A DNA stretch of 64,000 nt, taken from Octopus sinensis (taxonomy: Eukaryota). The position numbers and the translations under genes are program-made. The stretch spans positions 73,098,001-73,162,000 of the forward strand of contig NC_042997.1 of NCBI RefSeq assembly GCF_006345805.1. Reading direction: 5' to 3'. Below are positions 37,361 through 49,257 of this stretch, piece after piece (position 1 is the stretch's first letter; every line of letters starts with the position of its first letter). The notes beneath the pieces are model-generated. The model made no database searches, had not been told where the DNA came from, and was given only the letters and a program-made list of their open reading frames with translations.

Positions 37361-37403
37361 TACAGTTGAAAAGGTCTCAAAATGACCGAAACCGGTACTG
37401 AAA
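37361..37403 (+). ncRNA. Minimal type I hammerhead ribozyme, U3:A8 core (right arm copy)
   Basis: CAG / TTGAAAA / GGTC-TCAAAAT-GACC / GAAA / CCG-GTA / CTG; palindromic ACCGGT stem III; predicted cleavage after A37397. Confidence 0.8.
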
Positions 37404-37453
37404 TGTTCACTATAAAATTATTTTAGCATTTTCTATTTTTTACTTGTTTTTTC

Positions 37454-37543
<90 letters not shown>

Positions 37544-37721
37544 GTATGTATGTATTATGTATGTATGTATGTATGTATGTAGTATGTATGTATGTATGTA
37601 TATGTATATGTATGTATGTATATATATAACGGACAGAGTCGACAACTATTGAAAAGTTTGGAAGACGCAGCGAAGATTTTAGAAAAATAAATAAGCAAGT
37701 GAGTGGAAATTTTACCGGTGA

Positions 37722-37801
<80 letters not shown>

Positions 37802-37802
<1 letters not shown>

Positions 37803-37919
37803 TATTTTATAGAATGAGCTTCTACAGGACTAGAACTGTTTCATTCAAATGAAATCTTCAGGAAGATTTCATTTGAATGAAACAGTTCTAGTCCTGTAGA
37901 AGTTCCTTCTATAAAATAA
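37802..37919. repeat. 118-bp palindrome (58-bp arms, 2 mismatches, 2-nt spacer) built from an HHR and its tail
   Basis: Arms 37802-37859 and 37862-37919 are reverse complements. Confidence 0.95.
37819..37865 (-). ncRNA. Type I hammerhead ribozyme motif spanning the palindrome centre
   Basis: Minus strand CTTC / CTGAAGA / T-TTC-ATTT-GAA-T / GAAA / CAG-TTCTAGTC-CT-GTA / GAAG; weak stem II with U-U closing pair. Confidence 0.6.
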
Positions 37920-37989
37920 ATTAATTTACTCTGCTATGTATTGTGTACCTTATTTACTGTGGTTAACCCCGACTCAACCCGGGACCTAC

Positions 37990-38034
<45 letters not shown>

Positions 38035-38254
38035 TATATATATATATATTCATTTTGCTTATTCATTGCGAAACTAATACTCTGGTGTAGAACTCAATGT
38101 ACGTATGCTTCAGAATCAAGCGTTACTCAAATAGAGAGCAGTAATAAGAAAATTAGATGACAAAGGAATTAACGATTATTTTTATGAACTCTAATTAGCT
38201 TACAGATTGTATGAAGTGCACTTCATATTCAAGGCTCCAATGAATCTATAGGGT

Positions 38255-39010
38255 GTTACTCAGGAACTCAACTATGAATCCACTGCATCTTATGTCAGAA
38301 ACAAGTGTAAGCTAATAAAGTTCGTAAGATAATCGTTTATTCCTTTGTCAAACCATTTTCTTATACATACATAATGAAATCCGTCGGAGGAATAACCCCG
38401 AGGACAAAGAAATAAGGACCTACAGTATGGTAGAAGCCATAGCCACTCATGATAAAAAGGAGTACTGATGGAATGTCTCAGTGAAGACCCCAATAAAATG
38501 TAAGCACAACAGACCTAATATACTAATTTGGGACAGAGAACAGAAACCGTGTACAGTTGTAGAAATTAGCTGCTCAGCGGAAGGTAACATAAAGCTGAAG
38601 ATTTGTAAAAAAGAACTGAGAAATCTGCAGTTACTCTATCCACATTACAAGTTCAGGTTTATAGCTGTAATTATTGGAGTCCTGGGATACTGTAATACTG
38701 CTTAAACAACTATCTTGAGAAATTAGGCTTCTGAAAACCAAATGGAGAACGCTAATTCGACGACTGCAGATACAATCCATCACTGCAACTGTAAAGATCT
38801 GTAAAACTTTTCAGAGGTTTATCATTTAGATATATATGAGCATGTCTAGATATGCAACTATATGCATGATAATACACACATAAAGCAAAACATATAATCT
38901 GCACAATCTGGGTGACTTTGTATATACATACAAACAGATATACCCTGTTGTTGATGTTGAAATTCCAATGAAGGAATTTTGAATTTAGTTTAGAAACCGG
39001 CTCTTTCTCT
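38255..39010 (+). mobile_element. R4/Dong-like LINE 3' fragment
   Basis: KCKHNRPNILIWDREQKPCTVVEISCSAEGNIKLKI...LYPHYKFRFIAVIIGVLGY; 3' end similar to 20600-21010. Confidence 0.8.
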
Positions 39011-39146
39011 ATTATATAGGTATGTATGTATGATTATATATATATATATGTATACATTCACACACACATATATGTATATGTATATAGTTGTGTGTGTGTG
39101 CTGTAAATATATATACTGACAGCCAAATCAACGATAGTGTGAGCAG

Positions 39147-39197
39147 TCACTACTGACGATGCCTACAGAATAGGCGAAACTGAGCCTAGTCTGGTGA
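39147..39197 (+). ncRNA. Type I hammerhead ribozyme, stand-alone
   Basis: TCACTA/TGGTGA 6-bp stem I, CTGACGA plus extra T, GCCTA-CAGAA-TAGGC stem II, GAAA, CT-GAGCCT-AG stem III, GTC triplet. Confidence 0.8.
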
Positions 39198-39352
39198 TTT
39201 TAGAGACATTCATGGGGCGTTTACCGCCTTTTTATAGCATTAAACGTTTCTTAACTCTTATTTCTAGCAATGTAGGTACTTTGGTACCATTGGTTACACT
39301 TAGTAACGGTAAAATTTTCCTTTATGGCATTAGGTTGTGCCTAACTGTTTAT

Positions 39353-39396
<44 letters not shown>

Positions 39397-40132
39397 GACA
39401 AAAATTCGCACGAGTTTCGCCTCGTACTAAGAGGTTCGACTGTACTTATGACGGATGTAAAACTCCCACCAGGGAAGTGATTTTGTTGAGAGATTTTATG
39501 GTGTAATAATAGTGTGCGGTTCAAGGTAAACAACAGCCAAATTTCCCTTAAATCACACATCTTTTCGTCTGAAAATATTTACTTTTTTATTGAAAAAGGT
39601 TCTCCTATAGTTTTTAAGTGCATAGTGACCCCCCCAAATCACCGTGCGTAATGTCCACAAAATCGACCAAAATCGGTCCGAAGAGGGTGGAGAAAAAAGA
39701 ACATCATTTTCGGTATTTTTTGAATTTTGTTGCTAAAAATATAGTCTAGAACATTTTCAAGGGCATCACGAATTTTAATCTGAAAAATTCCCGTCAAAAC
39801 GGAGAAATTCCAACTTGTTGGTGGTTCCTAAGACCGATACCCGCCAGGCAAACAATTGCCAAGTTCGCCTGTCTGCCGTATAGAGAAGTTCAACTCAAAT
39901 TATGGATCGGGTCAGTTTATAAGGTATTACCTGAGCCTTGATGTGGTGTATGTGGGTGGTGAGAGAAGTGAATTGTTTCGTGGGAGATGGATGGTATATA
40001 TTAAAGAAGTTTGAAAGCTTACAAATGCTTCGATTTTTTTAAATCTTTGAGTGTTAAAGTGTTTTCGTTTAGTTTACTGTTTTGCTATTTCCGCTGTAAA
40101 TTATGAACTTGTGTATTGTGTGTGCCTGTGTG

Positions 40133-40290
40133 AGTATGTATGTATGTATGTATGTATGTATGTATGTATGTATGTATGTATGTATGTATGTATGTATGTA
40201 TGTATGTATGTATTTATGTATTAATAAATGTATGTATGTATTTATGTATTAATAAATGTATGTATGTGTGTATGTATGTATGTATGTATG
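40133..40290. repeat. (TATG)n microsatellite
   Basis: Seen directly. Confidence 0.95.
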
Positions 40291-43200
40291 AGAATTCCTT
40301 TGGTTAAAGGAAATTATATGACCTTGGTGAGTGTGTATGCTCCAGCTATGAGTTATTCTGATGACGAAAAACTTTCTTTCTACCATGCTTTGAAGGGCAT
40401 TATAAGAAATATCCCTCGGGCAGACAGTCATCGTACAGGGTGACTTTAACGCTAGAGTGGGTAGGGATTTTAGTACATGGACTGTAATTGGAAAGCATGG
40501 GGTGGGGAAGTGTAATAGTAAATGCATGATTTTGCTGCAGATGTGTGAGGAGCTGCGTCTGTGTGTTACCAATACCATGTTTCAACAAAAGAATAAGTTT
40601 AAGACTACATGGATGCACCCTGCATCTAAAGAATGGCATATTCTGGATTACATCCTTGTTAGAGTGCATGACAGACAGGATGTGCAGTGTGTTCGTGTTC
40701 TTCGTGAAGCTGAGTGTTGGACTGACCACCGCCTAGTACATACAAAAGTGAAATTAGTCACAAAACATAAAATCCGAGCTGCAGGGATTACCCTGCCTAA
40801 AAGACTGAATGTTGATCGTCTTAGGTGTAATAGTGTGAAGAGAACTTTACGAGAGAAAATGAATGCTGCAGATATTAGGGAGCATTGGCCGACTCTTAAA
40901 AAGTCAGTTTATGATATAGGCAAGAAAGTTCTGGGATTGATACAAAGAAAGCATCAAGATTGGTTTAAAGAAAATGATGAACATATAGATGATTTATTAG
41001 CTGATAAAAGACGTACTTTGTCACGCTATCTGTCAGCAAAGCCACATGAAAGGGAAGTATTGCATAGGGAACTCAAGGACGTAAAATCTCGTGTGAGGCA
41101 AAAGCTCTCTCAGATGAGTGATACGTGGTGGAGTAAGAAGACTGATGAGATACAGGCGGCATCAGATTCCAGTAGCACAAAGCTGTTGTATGATCTCTTT
41201 CGAGAAGTTTATGGACCGACGTCTTCCCTGATAACACCACTTCGAAGCAGTGATGGTAAATAACTTCTTTGTGATTCACAAGGACTTCTGCGAAGGTGGC
41301 AAGAACATTTTGATGAACTTTTAAATCAGCAGTCTGTAGTTAGTGAGGATGTTCTCAATCTCATCCCTGAACTACCCGTGAAGGCAGCACTCGCAGAACC
41401 ACCAAAGTTGGAAGAAGTTGCAATGGCTGTCTCAAGGTTGAATAATGGGAAGTCTCCGGGTATGGATGGTATACACGCGGAGTTGTTGCAGTATGGGGGT
41501 GAGAAACTTCTTCAGAAACTTCACTCTTTGTTTGGTAAGATATGGACTAGTGAATCTGTACCTGAGGGCTGGAGAGATACAGTAATGGTCTTGTATAAGG
41601 GAAAGGGCAACAAGAATGATTGTAGTAACTATAAGGGAGTATCATTGCTTTCTGTCGTAGGAAAGGTTTTATGCAGAGTACTTCTGGATCACCTGCTGAA
41701 ACACGTTGCAGATTGTGTTCTTCCAGAAAGTCAATCTGGCTTTCGTGTGGGACGTGGCACTGCTGATATGATCTTTTCAGTTAGACAGCTTCAGGAGAAG
41801 TGTGTGGAACAGGGTCTGGATTTGTATAAGGTTTTTGTCGATCTGACAAAAGCCTTTGATACTGTTAATAGAAAAGCATTGTGGAAAGTCCTTCAGAAAT
41901 TTGGGTGTCCTGAAAAGTTCCTTGCTTTGGTTAGGTCTTTTCATGAAGACATGAATGGTAGGGTGAATGTTAGTTGGAAAATGTCGGAGCCCATTTCAAT
42001 ACAAAATGGAGTGAAACAGGGGGATATTCTGGCAACGACCCTATTTTCCATATATTTTGCAATGGTGTTCTGTATTGCATTCAGAAACTGCAGATACGGA
42101 GTTTACATCCATTATCGAACCTCTGGCAGCATATTTAATATTAGGCGCTTTCCTGCAAAAACAAAGTTATTTGCCTCTATCATAAGATACCTTTTGTATG
42201 CAGATGATTGTGAGCTAGTAACACACACAGAGATTGATATGCAAGACATTTTGAATGCATTCTCTGATGCTTGCACTGCCTTAGGATTGACAGTCAATCT
42301 CAAGAAAACTGTTGCCATGTATCAACCTGCCCCTGGTAAACAGTATAGTGTACCAAATATCTATGTGTATGGTAAACGACTTTATGTAGTCGATCAGTTT
42401 GTCTACCTGGGAAGCACTATTAATAGATATAGCAATTTGGATGATGAAATTCCATATAGAATTAGGAAAGCAAGTGTTGCTTTCGGAAGGCTAGAAAAGC
42501 GCCTCTGGAGTCGGCAAGACATAGGCAGAAAGACAAAGATAAAGGTGTACAAGGCATGTGTGCTCCCTTCTCTTATCTATGCCTACGAGACGTGGGTCAC
42601 ATATCGATACCATCTTAAACAACTGGAACGTTTCTATCAGATGTGTCTCAGACGGATCCATAGCATTAAGTGGAAGTACCGCATCAGTGATCTTGAAATA
42701 TTGGAAGGCTCTCGGTGTGAAAGTATAGAAGCTCTTGTGTTAAAGCAAAGGCTCAGATGGAGTGGTCATCTGGTCAGTATGAAGGATTCAAGGATGCCAA
42801 AACAACTCTTTTATGAAGAGTTAGCTAAAGGAGAACGACCTCCACATAAACCAAAAAAGAGGTATAAGGACTTGCTGAAGGCTTCCTTAAGAGATGCTTG
42901 CATCTCTCCTGACACATGGGAAGGCATAGCTATTGATCGTAGCAGGTAGAGAAGGATTGTACACGAGGGGACAGCCACTTTTGAGAAATCTCGAGTTGCA
43001 CATGAGAAAGTAAGGAGGAATGTCAGGAAGGGCATCGCTGTTACACTTCCAGATGGGAAGGGTCTTCCTATGATGCTGACATGCAGTGTCTGTGCCAGAC
43101 CCTGCCTCAGTAAAGCTGGACTCAAGAGTCATCTTCGTAGTCATAAAGCGAGACAGATGAGTGACAACTTGGCCACTGGTGGTGGTGTAACACACCATAC

Positions 43201-43445
43201 TAATCATATCTGTTGGGCATGTGGAAGAGAGTGTAGTTCGACAGGAGGACTTAAACGACATGCAAAGGTACATGAAGATAAGTTACAACTACAGCCGGCT
43301 ATTACCAGTAAAGATTTTAGTTGCCACCTCTGTACAAGACATTGTAGATCTTTAGCTGGGCTAAAAAGTCACATTCGATCACAGCACCAGTAAGAATTAA
43401 GCTTCGTGCAATGGCCATACTCGATAACGAGGGGGCAGCCATAAT
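40287..43445 (+). mobile_element. Relatively young 5'-truncated RTE-clade LINE with three C-terminal C2H2 zinc fingers
   Basis: EN (VSVYAP, GDFNARVG, HILDYIL, TDHRLV) and RT (KSPGMDG, FVDLTKAFD, GVKQGD, YADD) domains; one frameshift near 40430 and in-frame stops at 41261 and 42947; tail followed by (TAA)(TGTA)n. Confidence 0.93.
41378..43393 (+). pseudogene. RTE RT-to-C-terminus reading frame interrupted by one TAG (42947-42949)
   Basis: ORFs 41378-42949 and 43070-43393 are in the same frame and the sequence between them is open. Confidence 0.85.
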
Positions 43446-43577
43446 AATAATGTATGTATGTGTATGTATAAATATATGTATGTCGGTGCGCATATGCTTT
43501 ACTATATTTATATATAAATGACGTTCCCCCTAACCTAAATTAAGTGCTTAATTATCTTTTTATTCTTTCGTTAGCTT

Positions 43578-43772
43578 GCAGAATCGTTAGAGAGTCGGAA
43601 GAACGCCTTGCCGGAATTTCTTTGTTCTGAATATAAATTCATCTGAGATCAACTTTGCCTTTCATCTCTTTGGGGGTCGATAAGTAAAGTATCAGTCATG
43701 CACAGGGGTCAAGAGAATAGTCTAACTCCCCTCAAAATTGCTGGCCTTCTGCCTAAATCAGAGGTCATTATA
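43578..43772 (+). mobile_element. SINE (second octopus-type family), degenerate
   Basis: TCAACTTTGCCTTTCATC...GGGGTCGATAA motif shared with 49258-49462. Confidence 0.75.
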
Positions 43773-44086
43773 TCTTTTCTGTCTCATTATGTATATGTAT
43801 TTGAAGACATGAGGAGTCTTAGAATAACACTCTACACAATAACTCGTTATAGCTCTTTCCCATTCTTTAATTATCCGATCCCTCCATCAGCTAGACTTCC
43901 ATTAGAATATTTAAATACTTACAGACACGTGCACACACAATTTCAGCCACTTCCACTCTTTCACAGATGAAAATCATCCTACTTCAATTCTCAGTCACGT
44001 CTGTGATGAATCTAGCTTTGATCTTTTCATAGATGAAATATGATGCAAGTTGTAAGGAAACTAATATTAATTAATTTATATATAGT

Positions 44087-44087
<1 letters not shown>

Positions 44088-44181
<94 letters not shown>

Positions 44182-44182
44182 G

Positions 44183-44253
<71 letters not shown>

Positions 44254-44278
44254 GTCTGTCTCTCTTTCTCTCTCTCTG

Positions 44279-44309
<31 letters not shown>

Positions 44310-44314
44310 ATCTA

Positions 44315-44346
<32 letters not shown>

Positions 44347-44375
44347 AGAGAAGGAGAGAGAGAGAGAGAGAGATA
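44088..44375. repeat. (TATC)n-(TC)n-(TA)n-(GA)n compound microsatellite
   Basis: Seen directly. Confidence 0.95.
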
Positions 44376-44389
44376 GAGTTAAATGTCTT

Positions 44390-44770
44390 CCATCCTCATG
44401 AAATCTCTGCGATTTCGGCACATATTCACTGTGTGCCTTAAGTAGACATACTTCTTTACTACTTCAATTTTATCGCTTCCCACCTTTATTTGGGCCTGTA
44501 CCACATCTTCTGACCGCATATATTTTACCTTCGTGTAGTTCATTTTAAGACTTACTGCTAAGCGCTGAGTATTCTGATTTTTCAGCAGCTGGTCTGTTTT
44601 TTCAATGAAGAGAACAATGTCATCTGCGAATCGGTAGTGTGTTAGTTGCTCGCCATTGATGTTCACGCCACCTGTCCAGGCGACGCCATTGATGACCATT
44701 TCTAGACATGCGGTAAGGAAGTTTGGAGAGAAGGTGTCTCCTTGCTTGACACCCATCACGCGCGTGAGTA
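44390..44770 (-). mobile_element. RTE-like LINE RT fragment
   Basis: GVKQGDTFSPNFLTACLE...GVNINGEQLTHYRFADDIVLF...YVYL. Confidence 0.85.
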
Positions 44771-44784
44771 GAGAGAAATACAAC

Positions 44785-45510
44785 TATGTATGGGAGTTAA
44801 AAATTATCCGCGCTTGCGCCCTTTTTTAGGTTGATCGCATTGCTTTCAGCGTTCGTGTACTAAAAGATGGTACTCTTCTGATTACGATTTTTGACGTTGA
44901 TCACTCCAGATTTTTTTTCTTGTGTTACAGAGTAAACATGGCCATTCCGTGCCAGTGTGCAGCAAGGATGAACAGAGATCAGTGATCCGATTTCTTTGTC
45001 TGAAGGTATGTCAGAAGCTAAAATTCTTTGCAGGCTTTCAGAACAGTACGGGGACCACGCTCTGCCGCGTAGGAGTGGATCGAGAAGTTTAAAAGCAGTC
45101 GCACAAGCGCAAAGCCTTAACAGGAAGCAGGACGCCCATCAACCTCCACCACTGACGTGAAGATTTAACAAACTCGAGAGATGATTCCGGCGAACCGACA
45201 AGTGACTATCGATGACGTGGAAAGTTTTCTGCAAATTAGTCTAGTCACGGTTCTGCATACGAAAAGTCTGCGCGAAATAGACACCAAGAGAACTTACCAA
45301 AGCGCTTAAGCACAATCGTGTGAAAATCTGTCAACGCTTACGCAACTGCTACAACGATGAAAACGAAGCGTTTTAGGAGAGAATAGTCACAGATAGAACC
45401 AGAATCCAAAAGCAGCGTATAGAGTGGAAACATCCAGAATCGCCAAAGTGAAAGAAATTCAAGGCTCAACCATTTTCAGAAAAAGTTGTACTAAACGTTC
45501 TCTTTTTAGG
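44785..45510 (+). mobile_element. mariner-like transposon 5' fragment
   Basis: CSKDEQRSVIRFL...RLSEQYGDHALP...WIEKFKS...GRPSTSTT...EWKHPESP...KFKAQP; truncated before the catalytic core is complete. Confidence 0.8.
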
Positions 45511-45707
45511 GGTGGGGCGCAAAAGGGCCTATACTGAAAAAATGCTAGTGTTTTATTTTACTTTACTTTTTTCAAGTTAATTAATATTGGACTTTTATAT
45601 TAAAAAATATAAAATTATATTGTTATGGACAAGTTAAATTACCAATTGAAACAATATCAATGTACCATTTATTTTGTTTTCCTTTAAATCTATTCATTTA
45701 CCTTACC

Positions 45708-45760
45708 CTATTATATTATATTATATTATATTATATTATATTATATTATATTATATTATA
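45708..45760. repeat. (TATTA)n pentanucleotide repeat
   Basis: Seen directly. Confidence 0.95.
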
Positions 45761-46122
45761 GTATTTTTAGTACAAGCAGTGAGTTGCATGGCTACATCCT
45801 GACCTACGTAAGAGACCTTTTACGACAAAGTGTAATAAACTAATCTCTCCCCTTAATGCCTAAAAGGGCCTGTAATTTTAAATGATACCAGAACTATGGA
45901 AATATCAAATTTCATCACTATCTCCAATATCCTTTACTCTGATTACCCTATGTTTCCTCGCCAAAAGTATACTTTAAGAACGCATATCTAATACTTGAAT
46001 CTTCAATTCGCTTGGTCTACCTGTTTGGGTAACATCTGGAATAAAGAGCTGCGTAGGAATATCAACCTTTAGATTTAAATGTGTTGCCATTGATTTCACA
46101 TAAATCAACGAAATTAATATAA

Positions 46123-46211
<89 letters not shown>

Positions 46212-46212
<1 letters not shown>

Positions 46213-46352
46213 TTTGTCCCCCATCACCCTGTTTGACAATCGGTGTTAGTTTTACTTCACTGAAACTTAGCTGTTTGGTAAAAGAGACCTATAGAGTAAG
46301 TACCAAGCTTAGTAATAAAAAAAAAAGGATAAGTACTAGGGTCGATTATTCG
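46212..46352 (+). mobile_element. SINE 3' fragment
   Basis: TTGACAATCGGTGTT...AAAGAGACC...AGTAAGTACC...GGGTCGAT. Confidence 0.7.
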
Positions 46353-47660
46353 ACGCAAAAAATACACCACATACATTATTGCAAGAATTAGAAATAAAAA
46401 GTTGATGTTCAACTATTGAAAGCAGATCATTCAAAAAAATTATCCTCAGCACCAATGGTAGTCTCGGAATATACTGCATGCCAACATTCATTGACCATCA
46501 TCTATGTTACCCGCCATGCACACACATACAAGATGGCAAAGCCCGAGACCCCAGCACTGTCATGTTGCTCGTTGTTCCTTCCTGATAGGAATGCAAAGCA
46601 ACAGTATGATGCTAGTAGCCCATATTTATGTGGAGGCTTCTACATAACTTCATCGTGTATCATATGTTTGATATGGGTGTTCAAGTTATGTTGAAATGAT
46701 CGACGATGGGCTTAATCGACCCACTGTAATTGTTGAAGATGTTCGGAACCTATTAGACGAACTTGAACTTCCTGACGACGATAAACATTATATTTAATAT
46801 AGCTTATGCGTTCAGCTATTTCAGATTAGCTCTACATTAAGTACTATCAAGTTCACTATGATATTTTTATTTATACTTGAATCATACCATCAACTTTTAT
46901 TTGTATCTGTACATAACTTCTAACACTTTTTCAATTTTTGTTTCTTTAAATATTTCTAATGACTAGGATCGTTGTATCATTTTTTATTAAATACGTTAGC
47001 ATTTTCCAGATTATTCGTCTGTGTCGATATTACTTCCCTTTTACTATGCAAACGATCTAACATTTGAAATATAATATTTTTCTAATTATTGTTTTCTTCT
47101 TATATTTTAGTAATGCCATATCCGGCTCAATTTTGTTTCCGTTTTATTTTTATTACCCTTAATTTTAATTAATATTTTATGTTATTAAGGCGACGAGTAG
47201 GCAGAAACTTTATGGTATGCAAATTAATCTAGCCGTTACAATTAAGCTCTAGTTTGTGTTCAATTTAAATTGCGATTTGCTATCCGTTCTCTCTGTTTCC
47301 AAAAAGATGAGGCGGAGTGCTACCCTTCAACTGGCCAACAAACCAGCATGCGTTTTAGGACATATATTTTCCTTTACTGTCATTAAAGAGAAAATAAAGC
47401 TGAATTCCTATTGGTCTAACCACTACCGCTAAGTTCTAGCTGATGTTTAATTATAATATATATTTACTATTGTTTTTCTTTCTTTTTTTTTGGTGGACAG
47501 AAGAACGATGGAATACTTTATTTGTGATGATTGGTAAACAAATTATGGAACATATCAACACAATATTGTCTCCTTTCCGCTCTACGAAGAGAATAATGAA
47601 ACGTTTATAACCGTTTCAAGTTTCCCAAGAAAAGCTTTAAAATATCATTAAAATATCATG

Positions 47661-47701
<41 letters not shown>

Positions 47702-47769
47702 GTGTGTGTGTGTGTGTGTATGTATATGTATGTACATATATGCATGTGTATATATGTAAGTAAAATCTC

Positions 47770-49235
47770 TAGCTGGCGACCGGAGGTGGATGCTGTACTC
47801 TCAACCAAATCGCTGCTGTGGGTGCCGCTGGATGACGGACTCTGGTAATGATGTCATTCCACACGTTCCGATGTAACTTCAAGTCTTCCTTAATTTTTGG
47901 GGCTCATATCTTCTTAACTGCGCTGCGCTGGATTCTCAAATTCGTCGGTCGCTGCCGCCACAAGAGTTGGAGTGGTAGTCTTCCGGTACTTATCCTGCAG
48001 ACGAGACCAAATCAATGTAACTTGTGCTGCTAGGCTTGGTCGGCTGCTGCTGGCATTGTTCACGAATGTTGTTATTCGAAATTCAGTCGCATAGAGAGAC
48101 GCCAAAGATCTGACGAAGACACCGCATATAGAAGACTCCAAGCTTATTCAGGTCCCGTTTGAGAATGGTCCATGTTTCGGTGCTGAAGAGGAGGCCAGGC
48201 AAAACCAACGTGCGGAAAAGATGTAGGGCATTTTCCAGACACTTAATCGAAGGGATGCAAACGCAGAAATCGCAGACCCGATTCAGCAGTTGACACCATT
48301 TTGTTTCTCCGCAACCAGTGAGACGAGATAGTTGAACTGCCGCACCTGCTCAGTCTGAATGCTATCAAAATGCGCTGCAGCCGGTAAGTCATCCGTTGTT
48401 AGAACTTTCGTTTTGTCCGCGTAGATCCTGAAGTAATAAAGCCTTGCAAAGCGGGCTATATTGTACAAAATGTCTGTAAATTTGGCGTCACTAGTGGCGA
48501 AGATGGTGCTGTTTCGGCGAACATGAGGTCTGTCACAAATCTGATGGCGTTGAGTTGTACACTCCTTTGTCGTCATGATGGTGTCAATGATAACATTGAA
48601 CAGGAGAGATGAGACCCATCTCCTTGTCGAACGCCTGTTCTGATGGCGAACTCCTCTGAAAGGTTATCTCGGATTTGGACCAGCTGGTTGAACCAACATA
48701 GGCTGAACGTAGAAGTGTAATAATGATCTTCGGAGGCTCTTACTTGGTTTCTAATGATCTCCATTGGGCGGTCCAGTTGCCGCTGTCGAAGATGGACTTG
48801 ACATCGATGAATAAAGCCACAGTTAGCCGCCCACAGTGCGTTCTTCCATCAGTTGGCGATGGGCAAAGATTTGGTTGTAACATCCGCGGCCAGGTCGAAA
48901 ACCAGCGTGTTCTTTCCTGTTGGTCTGCTCGCGATGCTTTTGGAGCCTCGATTGAATGATCTTCATAAAGACCTTCCCAACGATTGAGAGTAGGCTAATA
49001 CCCTAGTTGTTTTTGCATTCCCTGCCGCCTTTCTTATGAATATGAATGATGATAGCCTTCTTCCATTTCGAAGGTATGCTGTTTGATCGCTACAGGTGTA
49101 GGATGAGCGCAAAGTGTCCTTTAAGCAGTACTACACATCCAGCCTTGATCACCTCAGCAGTAACCTGGTCCAAGCCAGGGGCTCTTCCATTTGTTCAACA
49201 AGCACACGTCTTCTTTCACTTCCTATAATGTATCC
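47770..49235 (-). mobile_element. Degenerate RTE-like LINE RT and 3' region
   Basis: Minus strand APGLDQVTAE...KKGG...GISLLSIVGKVF; GVRQGD; YADKTKVL; QFNYL. Confidence 0.8.
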
Positions 49236-49257
49236 ATCGCGGTATTATATGAACTTC

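Larger units (their letters stand above)
33441..37460 (+). mobile_element. Young Penelope-like element (Neptune-type) in head-to-head arrangement: inverted 5'-truncated copy 33441-34751 joined to a longer 5'-truncated copy 34752-37460
   Basis: 33441-34751 is the reverse complement of 36159-37460 apart from a few substitutions and repeat-length differences; RT + GIY-YIG ORF between the arms; HHR near both outer ends; (TA)n at the flanks. Confidence 0.95.

Noticed and set aside
33441-37460. The large inverted repeat as a sequencing fold-back artefact
   Set aside because: The 1.4-kb unique spacer, different outer flanks, small differences between arms and match to known PLE architecture argue against it, though reads should still confirm it.
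39408-39448. Minus-strand CCTC/GAGG hairpin followed by CGAAAC
   Set aside because: The core is too degenerate and stem I does not form.
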